In this document: one piece after another, positions 51,346-61,186 of the stretch | Layout of the letters: each line of letters starts with the position of its first letter | Numbering within the stretch: the stretch's first letter is position 1 | Assembly (NCBI RefSeq): GCF_964204645.1 | Contig: NC_134029.1 | Location: 14,998,950-15,062,949, forward strand | From: Tubulanus polymorphus | Taxonomy: Eukaryota; Animalia; Nemertea | Length of the DNA: 64,000 bases | Direction of reading: 5' to 3' | Made by a program: the position numbers and the translations under genes | Notes under the pieces: generated by a model | Told to the model about the DNA's origin: nothing | The model's database searches: none | The model's input: only the letters and a program-made list of their open reading frames with translations

Positions 51346-51714
51346 TTAATCCATTAATAATAATTTAGATTTAGTTTCAATGACTTTATGATTTGATTTA
51401 TTTTCTGGTATGATAGGTTTATTATCATTGGAATCATCTTTATCATCAGATTTGAATGTTGATTTATATATTACACCAGAGAATATAATAACTGTTACTA
51501 ATCCAATTGTAATATATAAGTAATTATTACTTCCAGCATCAGAAGAATTAGATGGATTATAATTTGAATTAATATCAGATAAAGTCTGTGGTTCATTTAT
51601 ATCAGTTAATTTCTTTTTCTTAGCTTTTTTTAGTTCTGCAGATCTTTTACCTAATTCTCTTGCCCATTTAATTTGTTTCTCGGATCTAACCTTTTTCTTA
51701 ACACCATCACTCAT
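51346..51714 (-). CDS. Basic N-terminus / single-TM protein (122 aa)
   Basis: Intact ORF with TAAATG start; YLYITIGLVTVIIFSGVIY. Confidence 0.7.
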   Translation of the reverse strand: MSDGVKKKVRSEKQIKWARELGKRSAELKKAKKKKLTDINEPQTLSDINSNYNPSNSSDAGSNNYLYITIGLVTVIIFSGVIYKSTFKSDDKDDSNDNKPIIPENKSNHKVIETKSKLLLMD

Positions 51715-52310
51715 TTATTTTAGTTAATTTTTGTTCTGATTCATTTTCTGTTTCGCCGTTTGGTTGTAGTACATCTGTTTCGTTCTTACCTGATTTATAT
51801 TCCATAGGCTTGATATTCGAAAATGTTATGACACCAGTAGAAATTAATGTCATAACCGATCCTAATTGGAATGAAGCATATCCAACCCATTTTTGTATTT
51901 CAGTCATAACTAAGTAGTCATTTTTCAAATCACTATATAATTTATTTTCATCATCAATTGGTATTAACCGGTTACATAACCTAGAGTAACATTTGACAAA
52001 ACCATCTGAAATAGAATCAATTATTCGGGCTAATCTTGCCTCTTCATAAATCTTAAAATATTTTATTACTTTATCTGGTTTTATAGCATCTAATTCTTGA
52101 AAAGTTATTATTTTTCCCAAGAAATCCTTAGATTTCCCTCCAGCAATTAATAATTCAAGATGGTGCTTACAATATAAATAGTATTCATAATCTATATTTT
52201 TATTAACTTGAGCACAATTAGTTACAGCTGTATCTTTATTATCACTTATACCCAAATCATCTAATGTTTTTTTCAATATTGATACTATTCTTATTAGATT
52301 TCTTTGACAT
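51707..52310 (-). pseudogene. Polinton protein of unknown function (true ATG probably 52310, frameshifted)
   Basis: 189-aa frame 51707-52276; TAAATG at 52310. Confidence 0.6.
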
Positions 52311-52717
52311 TTATATTAGAGAAATTTAATAAGAAAAATATTATAAGTATTATAAAATGATACTAGCTAGTTAAAGTTATTGATACTAAATTGACTAGCT
52401 TAGTTAAAATAAAGAATTTCTATTTGAATCTATTCAAAATATAAAGTATTCTCCTTTTGAAAAGAAAATATTAAAAATATAATAGAATTCACTGGTTAGT
52501 TGAAGATATGTAATTTTTAATACTTTTTATTTAAAATCTATTATTCTTTAACCACTTATTAAAGACTCAACGTATTGTTCATTATTTGGATCATTATTCC
52601 ATTGATTAATAAATTTCTTTGCCTTTGTTAACTGTTCTAAATATAACTGTAAATCTAGTTTATTAGATTTGATTTGATTTTCTTTCTTTTCAAGAGGTCT
52701 TAAATTTTTATCTATAT

Positions 52718-52951
52718 TCATTTGACTATCGAATTGAAATATAATCCATGATTTGAGAAATTATATTGTTTGGTATATAGTTTAAAACAAGTTTTACAGC
52801 AATATTGAAAACCATCTTTGCTAATCTTACGCTTACTAAATTCTGTTATAGCTAATTTATCTAATTCACACTTAGAACACTTCTTGTAGTATATATTTAT
52901 AACACCAGTGTTATTTGTAATATTGATAGTTTGTGGTTGTTCTGGTTCCAT
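52718..52951 (-). CDS. Zn-ribbon protein fragment
   Basis: KKCSKCELDK..EFSK....DGFQYCCKTC; TAAATG start; probably truncated. Confidence 0.55.
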   Translation of the reverse strand: MEPEQPQTINITNNTGVINIYYKKCSKCELDKLAITEFSKRKISKDGFQYCCKTCFKLYTKQYNFSNHGLYFNSIVK

Positions 52952-53097
52952 TTATTATACATATTTTTTTACTAAATTGGTTAATATTTTAGAATCCTCT
53001 TCCATTTCTTCGACCAACGTCATCCTTTTTCATTCCTCGCTGCTTTTGATAAGTCGTTTCAGTTCCTTGATATCTAAATCATACCAGTTACAATACC

Positions 53098-53440
53098 CAC
53101 GTCACATGCGGACATACAGGAGCGCTTTTGCTTAATGCGCATGCGTTAATCATAATTTTATATTCATTCTATAAATTCTGTAAAATAGAAACAACACATG
53201 CGTTACATGCGTCACATGCGGCCATTGATGTCCGCTTTTGCTTAATACGCATGCGCTAATCATAATTATATATTCATTCTATAAATAGAAACAACTGAAC
53301 ACAGAAAATTCAAACGCATTCACGTCCGCGTCACATGCGTTGCATGCGTCAGTCACATGCGGCCATTGATGGCCGGTTTTGCTTAATGCGCATGCGCTAA
53401 TCATAATTATATATTCATTGTGCAAATAGAAACGACCGAA
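53098..53440. repeat. Three tandem ~115-125-bp repeats with GCGCATGCG palindromes
   Basis: gtcacatgcgg...ttttgcttaatgcgcatgcg.taatcataatt.tatattcatt at ~53101, 53211 and 53352. Confidence 0.85.
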
Positions 53441-53525
53441 CATAGAACATTCACCAAGTAGATTTACACAATACATTATACAAGTATGTTCAATCGTTTC
53501 ATTCAATACATCACTTGATTTCTAT

Positions 53526-54483
53526 ATTTTTAAAATTTATAATTCCAACCAGAACTCTTTAATTTTTGGATCATTTCAATCATTTTTTCAATTTCTTGTA
53601 AATGTTTAACAACATCAACAAATGACAAGCTTAACCCTTTCAGTGCGTCTACACCGCAGTGCGGTGTATAAATCAGTGATGGATTTTGCTAGTACACCGC
53701 ACTGCGGTGTATTGATGTAATTAGTAATTTGTAATTATCTCTATTGAAAAATGGCAGCAAGTGTCAAACATAGTGAAATACTAGTAACTAACGATACACC
53801 GCACTGCGGTGTAGACGCACTATAGTGGTATTCCCATTGTTCAACACACTAGGGTGGAATTTTTTAGAATTTTCTCCAGCACTATAGGGTATTAATTAGT
53901 CAGCACTAAAAGGGTTAATAATTGGAATTTTTTATATGTAATTAGTCTACCTACACTTCTTAATCTTCTATCATGTCTGGCACTAATAGTTATGTATTTT
54001 TTAACCCAAGAAGTCCAAGAAATCCCCGCAGTTTGTTTATTAAACATTAAAAATCCCCTATTTAAATAATCCCCGAAAATGATATGATCCCATAAATGAT
54101 TTGCTTTTTTACATAACAAAGTTCTATAATTTTTCTTTCAATAAAACAGTTATTTCATCAAATGTTGTTACACCTTCTATTTCTCAAAAACTTACATCTG
54201 TTTCAATTGATAATTTTGATTTTAAAAACTTATTTAACTCATTTCCGCTCATTTTCTTTTTAGTTTTTGTTCGTCTTAGTCTTAACAATATTTCTACATT
54301 CGTTGTTGGTCTTTTCAGTAATGATGTTACGCTTGATTGCTGGTTTTCTATTATTTTTTCTAAAATTAATGTCATTTCTTGGTGGTAATCTAAATATTTT
54401 TTGACTTCTTCTAAAGTTTCGTCGTCTATATCTAGAGATTCTTTTACTTCAGCGCCCATTTCCATTGGTTCGTCTTCCTCCAT
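53526..54483 (-). pseudogene. Polinton ORF broken by a frameshift and a MITE insertion
   Basis: Fragments 54184-54483 and 53892-54119; removing the MITE gives ...KKFQLL-SLSFVDVVKHLQEIEKMIEMIQKLKSSGWNYKF*. Confidence 0.55.
53635..53914. mobile_element. piggyBac-type MITE
   Basis: TTAA|CCCTTTCAGTGC ... GCACTAAAAGGG|TTAA; three internal TACACCGCA(G/C)TGCGGTGTA palindromes. Confidence 0.88.
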
Positions 54484-54969
54484 TTCGGTTGTCCTCTGCG
54501 AATTAAGAGTACTTTTGATATGTAGGACATTTTATTCAACTAAAAAGATATCAGTGGTAGAATAGGAACTACGATATTAAATGATATAAATTTTTTCAAG
54601 TCTATCGTTTCTAATTATTATAACTTATTATAGTTCAAGTTATTATCTATCTAACGTAAAATAGAATTAACTGTATGAAGTTGTAGTTGTCAAATGCACT
54701 TAAAGGTTTCATATTTAGTAACCCCTTTTCCCGACTTCTTCATAACAACAAAAAACAGTACTTACATTTAATTCAAGAACCGGAAACTATTAATTATTAC
54801 GCAATAAACCCCGTCCACTGTTATGGTAACTCTAGCTATCTAAAAGATATACCAAATATAAATTACTACACTTAAATATATTTAAAGGTTTCATATTTAA
54901 TAGCCTTAATGAATAACAACAAAAACTGTACTTACATTTAGATTTAGAACTGTAAACTCCGAATTATAT

Positions 54970-55538
54970 TATTGGGGTGATAAATTAGTAGTTTGCATAG
55001 AGGGAGGGAAGCCAGAGTTCAGGGCAGTGGCTGAAGTTGGTAAACAACCTACGTAGATGCTTACGTCGCACACAAGACACTGAATAGAAGATAGGTGAAA
55101 GTTACGTGAGTATCTGCGTAGGGTTGCTGGTTATAGCGGCAGCCTTGAGCTCTGGTATGGCTAGGAAGTAAACAAGTAATAAACTCGTGACGTATAACAT
55201 ATGTAGAAGTATACGTCACGGGTAACATGAAATAAGATAAAAAGGGAGGGTCAGCACAGTAAGGGAGAGAGAGATGCTAGAGTGGCGGAGAAGCCTAAAA
55301 ATACGAGCTGTAGGAAGGAATAAGAATTGTGCGGGAAAATAAAGAAAGAACGTAGACCCACGAGAAGAGTTGTTATTATTCCGGAGTCAGAGGGATATCA
55401 CTTATCGGATTTAATCGGAACCAACAACGACAACACGAGGGGAGAACGCAACGTGGCCCCCACAACAATTGGTTGAGAAACTCAACCCCACAACATTGTT
55501 GGAGAACCGAAGGCAACTCCACAACATTGGTGGAGAAC
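54970..55538 (+). mobile_element. Probable LTR remnant with a tRNA-Ala-like PBS
   Basis: Starts TATTGGGG, ends CCACAACA, followed by T-TGGTGGAGAA; AATAAA at ~55338; no partner LTR in the window. Confidence 0.45.
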
Positions 55539-56256
55539 AGTGGTGTATCCTGCACCTCTCGCTGCCAAGCGATCGTGTATATTTGGTGAGTGAGCAGGGG
55601 TGAAGTAAAAGTGTAAGATGAACGTTACATTCCGTAACCGTTATAATTACATGAAATACGGACCGCTACCGCGGGTTAAGTTGAAATATTGCGGATAACT
55701 CGATCTGTGTATAAAAATCATTCCCGTCTGGATTTAATAGCTGTTTGTTTGTCTTATTCGAGAAATATGTAATCTTCATATCGTCAGATTCAGTTGAAAT
55801 GAATTATAGAGCTTCCAGTGCGGAAAGTAGTTGTTTCTTTCCATATTTAAATTAATTGAATTATCCGATTTGGTGTGGCGTTTTCGTAAGATCGTGTTTT
55901 GGACACTACGTTTTACATGGCAGCAAATTGAATTTACGACTCCGAATTTAGATTCGTGTGAATTAACGGACATAATGGCGTTCGGAAACGAAGTGATTCT
56001 GCGATCATAGCGCGATAAATGAAAAACAGTGGAGTATTAGAGGCATTATACAAACGCATTTCATCATCGGACAGTTCATAGATCTGCTACGGGAAATCGA
56101 CCTTGGAGACGTTCAACGGACTACGATTGCGGCTTATAGTAATTGTAAATAATATGATATGTATTTCTGCATGGTTTGATTGCTTTTGTAGAATGATACT
56201 CAGCGTTTTTAAGTTGCTTGTGTGCTGGGTTATTGTATCTACGTAGATATAAATAT

Positions 56257-57519
56257 TGATCCACAGCTAGATTTTCGTAGTAACTGAAAAATGTTTCGTA
56301 GTATTTAGAAATGTTCTTAATGTTGTTTCCGTATGCGTGGGGGTTACGTTAAAGCCGTCAGACAAGAACGTACTAGTAGTAAGAATTACGAAAGTTCTTG
56401 TTTGATGCTTTCATCTACCAACGCAAACCATAAATCAGTCTATAAACAACAATTCTTTCTCGGTTCTTCTGCTGTGAGATCTGGCAAACATTCAGAAAAT
56501 CTTTATATAAAACTTTTAAATAGTTGGAACCATATTTGGTTGGGTCGGAACAATGGAGTGTATTTATAATGAGGCTCGTGAAGGGATCACGCTGATACTT
56601 GATGATATTCCCGGCTACTTTCCGTAAAAGGAAAAACCGGAAGTTTAGGAAGATGTGGTTGTTTTGCTTATCCTGTATTAAAATAGAATTAGTTAAATTG
56701 TAGATAAAATAATTAGTATAAGTATTTCAAATAATTTAAGAATTGATAATCAATCACAATGTATTCCGAATCGTAGTTAATTATAATAATTAAAAAAGAA
56801 ACAATGAATTTGTACTGTAATTATAAAAGAAAACAAAGTTTTGAAAAGATATTTAATTTGAGTAATCTAGATGTTGTTTAAGAACAAATTGTTAATAACC
56901 GCTAATGTTTTAGAAAAATTAATTTGTGTTAAATGTTAAAACTAGCTGTCTGAAGTTTCTGTTGTCTGTATGCGCTCGTTGGTAATTCACAGACAATAGC
57001 TGCTCTCTCAACAACGACTAGCAAGGAGTGAGTAAATCACAACGCGTCATGACAGGAGGGTTGGAAGGAAAAAGTTAGTTTAGCAAATCAGTTTTGAAAA
57101 TAATTTTAGATCAGCGAATCATTAAGGCCAAATTCTATATGACCAAAACAGTCATGACAGTAAGGTTGCTGCTCCTTGCCAAAAGTCGAGTGGGAGAGTC
57201 GGTATTTTAAGAATGCCGATTCTTTCTATAAAAGGGACCCGCATCTTGAGAGAGCAGTCAATCGGGAGAATCTGTATCTTAGTAAGACGAGTGTCGACAG
57301 CAGGACAGGAGAAGCTTCGGAACGATAGGGATTCATATAATAGGGATTAGGAAAATCATTCTCAGGTTCAAGGTAAATAAAATATATTATCTTCAATATT
57401 ATCATCCGGTATTTCAGTTTATTCATTCGGATTTGTGCACGGACACGTTCTCTCGCCAGGGCCTTACTCAAGTATTTTAATAGATAACGATTAAAGAGAG
57501 GATTGTGACCGGTGAATCA
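56257..57519 (+). repeat. 5' LTR (1,263 bp)
   Basis: Direct repeat of 62649-63911 (offset 6392); I noticed only 2 differences by eye; TATAAAA at ~57227. Confidence 0.95.
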
Positions 57520-57520
57520 C

Positions 57521-57534
57521 TGGTGCCGAAACCC
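57521..57534 (+). promoter_or_regulatory. Primer-binding site complementary to the tRNA-Phe 3' end
   Basis: TGGTGCCGAAACCC, 1 nt after the LTR; complement of ...GGGUUUCGGCACCA. Confidence 0.88.
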
Positions 57535-57684
57535 TTACTGTTTAGTTCAGTTGTGCCGGAAACTTTTGCATTAGTAATTAATTGTTGTTCAAATGGTATA
57601 CATTTTTATATGCTCACATTGTGGTGCGAAGAACGCATTTTCTAAGAAGCGCCGCGCTACAACCAACCCAACATTCGGAAAGCT

Positions 57685-58050
57685 ATTGTGGGAGTCGAAC
57701 CCACCTCAAACGAAAACATTTGAAATTCCGGTGGAGTTTTGGGAACCATTGTGGGATTCGAACCCACTGCCAACTCCGGTCGTCCCTGTTGAGACATTGC
57801 GGGATCCGAACCCGCGAAGTGCACGACCATTTGAGATTCCGGAGGAACTTCGAGAGCCGTCGTGGGATTCGAACCCACCACTGCACGCTCATGTGTAATA
57901 CCGGAGGAGTGTCGGGGACCTCTGTGGGATTCTAACCCACTCGCCATGCAGGTCGACACCGATGGGGCTGCACTACAGCCATTGAGGGGTTCGAACCCTC
58001 CACCTTGTGAATTGCCAAAACCGTCCAGCCAGGATGGGGAATCGAACCTA
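57685..58050 (-). repeat. Array of 7 tRNA T-arm / B-box-like hairpins in the retroelement leader
   Basis: GTGGG-ATTCGAA-CCCAC-type units about every 50-65 bp. Confidence 0.85.
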
Positions 58051-58118
58051 CATCTGTTTTTTGGGTTGGAAATTTTTAAAAATGTTATTTTAGATTAGTA
58101 TTCGTTTAAAGATATACA

Positions 58119-59177
58119 ATGTCGACTGGAGGGGAGACGACGTACGGTGCGGGTGGCTCACGGGAACGATCCGCTGTAAGCAACGACACTGTTCTGCAGG
58201 CCCTCTCTGGCCTTCGCGAACAGGTGGACACAGCCACGGCGTTCATGAATTTCTCTTTGCTCCCTAAATTTACGGGACGAGACGACCAGTGCGTCTCTGA
58301 TTGGTTCAAAGGATTTGACCGTTTGGCCGATCTAAGGGGTTGGAACGATGACGCTAAAAAGAAACAGTTGTATTGGTTTTTGGCTGGCCCGGCCCTAATC
58401 TTATTTAATGATCTTCGAATTGATCAGGGAACCGATGCGACCGGTGGCAAAGTTGTCACTCCCTGGGAAAATATTGTCCGTGCGTTTTGCGCGCAATTTA
58501 GCCCCACCTCGTGGGCTTTGGTCAAGGAGTCGGCTTTGACGACGATGCGACAGGGGGAGACACAACCGGTCGATAGGTTTGCAGAAGAGATTGATCGTGT
58601 GGCCTCGAGTTTGAAATTTTCGGACCACCAGAAAAAGATGTTACTAATTAACAACTCTCGCCCTGACATCTCTGTCTACCTGTTGTCACAGCGTCCGACG
58701 ACATTTAGGGATGCATGGGAGGCAGCCAGAATGGCGGAGCATATCGAACAACGTAAAGCTCTGTCGTCTCCCAAGGTATCGCAAATTGGGACCGAACCAA
58801 ATAAAGCGATGGGTGACGTTATGGCTGAATTACGGGACATGTTCCGCCAAATTATGGACATCCAGAAGTCTACCCGTACTCAGCGGAATGATAGAGCCGC
58901 ATTTTATAGCGAAAGCCGCCCGTTACAAAGGTCACAGGATGGCCAGGTGGTGTGCTTTCAATGTCACGCCCCTGGTCATTACGCCAGGAATTGCCCGACG
59001 TGGCGTTACGACCAACAAAGGTCACCAAACCGGGACGCATTTCAGCGTGATAATCGCCGTCCCCAAAATGCTAGTAGGGGTCAGTTTCGGCCACAGAATA
59101 TTGGGCGTGGCTCCCAAGGGGCTAATCGAACATTTGGTCAGGGAAACGACCGGAGACCTCATCCTATGGACCGATAA
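58119..59177 (+). CDS. gag: Gag (capsid + CCHC zinc knuckle), 352 aa
   Basis: LPKFTG...DWF..F.......GW.......L...LAGPA; MRQGETQPVDRF; CFQCHAPGHYARNC. Confidence 0.93.
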   Translation: MSTGGETTYGAGGSRERSAVSNDTVLQALSGLREQVDTATAFMNFSLLPKFTGRDDQCVSDWFKGFDRLADLRGWNDDAKKKQLYWFLAGPALILFNDLRIDQGTDATGGKVVTPWENIVRAFCAQFSPTSWALVKESALTTMRQGETQPVDRFAEEIDRVASSLKFSDHQKKMLLINNSRPDISVYLLSQRPTTFRDAWEAARMAEHIEQRKALSSPKVSQIGTEPNKAMGDVMAELRDMFRQIMDIQKSTRTQRNDRAAFYSESRPLQRSQDGQVVCFQCHAPGHYARNCPTWRYDQQRSPNRDAFQRDNRRPQNASRGQFRPQNIGRGSQGANRTFGQGNDRRPHPMDR

Positions 59178-59187
59178 GGGTGGGGTC
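59141..59187 (+). promoter_or_regulatory. -1 programmed ribosomal frameshift signal
   Basis: G_GGA_AAC heptamer in the gag frame, 7-nt spacer, hairpin GACCTCATCCTAT...ATAAGGGTGGGGTC; the -1 frame is open into the 668-aa ORF. Confidence 0.85.
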
Positions 59188-59310
59188 GCGCAATGAATGG
59201 TCAACTGAGCCCTCGCCGGACTCGTTAATAAGGAGTGATTATTGGTGGGATGACACATATTCGGGTTATCATAGTTATGATGATGACAGTCCGGTAATTG
59301 ATGATTATAT

Positions 59311-59373
<63 letters not shown>

Positions 59374-61186
59374 CGATGATGATGATGATTATTTAGAGGA
59401 CGATAGGGATGATATATTTGACATGTCATTTGATCAGGGCGACATGCTAGCTGATTCAGTTGACGATTATTTTGGACCTGAGGAAAATTGTACTGCGTAT
59501 TACTTTCATAACAATGAGTCTCTGAATTTAGATAGGTTTGCCGGCCATCACACTCCTTCATGGGGTGCTGATGACGTTTATGACATTCAAGATCGTAACT
59601 TTGGGGATAGCTGGAGGGACAATTCCCAGTTGTCGTTAGATGGAAATTTTTATATGGATCAGGGATCCAATTTTGAGGACATCTGGAGGGACAATTCCCA
59701 GTTGTCGGCTACTTACGAGCATATAAAAAGACACAGGAGGGTTACGTTTAGCGATCCGGTTAAATTGCAGGAGGTACGTGCTGATATGGCGTGCTCGGGT
59801 GACAATATTAGTATTGATAGGTCACACCCTAGAGGGGTTAATGGTCCGACGGATTCGGCAGAAGATGACCTTTTTAGAGATAGGAAGTCTCATTTAGATT
59901 GTCACGAAGGCACTTTTGATCAGTATAGGTACCCAGCAACCTCCGAATCAGCAATACAATGTGATCTTGTGTCATCAGGTTCAAGTAGTAGTAATAATTC
60001 ACGATCGGAATGTCTTAATGATCAGAGTAATATGGAAACTATTTTGTCAAAGATATCTAGTCAGGAGTCAATGTCGGAGAATTTGTGTCACTCGTTTGAA
60101 AGAGGACAGAACATTCCTGTCACCTCAAATGCCAGCAGTTTCCACCATCCAGTTGGGGATGGAATGTCCCATGAACAGGACAGAGGTCAAGTTGTCCTCA
60201 CGTCTAAACCGAATATGCCAATCATCGAAAATGTTGGGATAGGAGATTCGAACTCCGATTGTCAACCAACTATTCACTGTCATGAACAACTTCCACTTAT
60301 TACGACGACTTTAGGTAACACGCCAACCAACAACATAGGGTCTCTTTCTAGTCAGAATAATCCTATTGAACAAGAGGTTTATTCCCCGTCAATCATGGCA
60401 ACTGTCGCTAACCGAGTGACAGGTAGCCATTCGGGGACACCGTTAAGTATTTTGATCGACATGGGCGCCGAAATATTTGTATTATCGAACGATTATTTTA
60501 CGACTCATCCTCAGATATCAAATGGCCCTTTGCAGGTCGGTCAATTCCAATCTGCCCGTGGGGTAGATGGAACTAAATTTGACCTGAGAGGAGTTATTTC
60601 TGTGGATTTTGTGTTAGGCAATTTGGAAATTACGCACTCTATGTACGTGGTAGACGGTATCACGTCCGATGTAATTCTTGGAGCTGATTTCTTAGAACAA
60701 AACCAGGCAGTTATCGATTATGCTAAAAAGGCTCTCTTGTTGCCAGGCGCCGACATAATTTACTTTAGTAATGATGTCATTTTGCGGAAATCTTCGTCGG
60801 TTAAAGTCACGCGTATGACTGTTATTCCCCCTTCATGCGATGTCACCGTAGACCGTAAGTGGTTAATTGACAAGTCTCAGTCATCGATTGCAGCCTTTGA
60901 GCCTGTACATTATTCGAGAATGCGTGATCTCATGAGCGCAAGGTCAGTTGTTAGCGTCATGCCATCAAGGCATAGGCTTCGAGTCACGAACCCTACGTCA
61001 CGACACGTCACCCTCTTTGAAGATACGTGTCGTAGTGATTCGTGGACAGATGGGTGGTCACTTGACCGATCACTCAAAACAGAGGCGAAGTCAGGACAGC
61101 TTCCTCGGCCACCGGAGGTGTCTATCACACATGTGGAAGACCCTCAGACGTCAGACGAAATTTGTAAGTATAATCGAATTATTTAG
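59141..61186 (+). CDS. Frameshift ORF2: long acidic/disordered region (25xD) + retropepsin-like aspartic protease; no RT/RNaseH/IN
   Basis: ILIDMGAEIFVL, GVDG flap and DVILGADFL; (GAT)n at 59315-59389; stop at 61186. Confidence 0.85.

Larger units (their letters stand above)
37121..54960. mobile_element. Polinton/Maverick (adintovirus-like endogenous virus), degraded; termini not resolved
   Basis: pPolB, rve integrase, packaging ATPase and capsid-type ORFs in a gene-dense, visibly AT-rich block with two convergent gene arrays; many stops and frameshifts. Confidence 0.92.

Noticed and set aside
37121-54960. Active virus or contaminant contig
   Set aside because: Core genes carry stops and frameshifts, a host MITE is nested inside, and the block is flanked by host repeats.
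56333-56569. Duplicated 78-aa and 81-aa ORFs (also 62725, 57226, 63618)
   Set aside because: They lie within the LTRs; identity reflects LTR duplication, with no protein motifs.
57685-58050. tRNA gene cluster or CRISPR array
   Set aside because: The period (~50-65 bp) is too short for tRNAs and I see no D or anticodon arms; it lies inside an LTR element with no cas genes.
59022-59561. Minus-strand poly-His ORF
   Set aside because: Antisense shadow of the (GAT)n poly-Asp tract.
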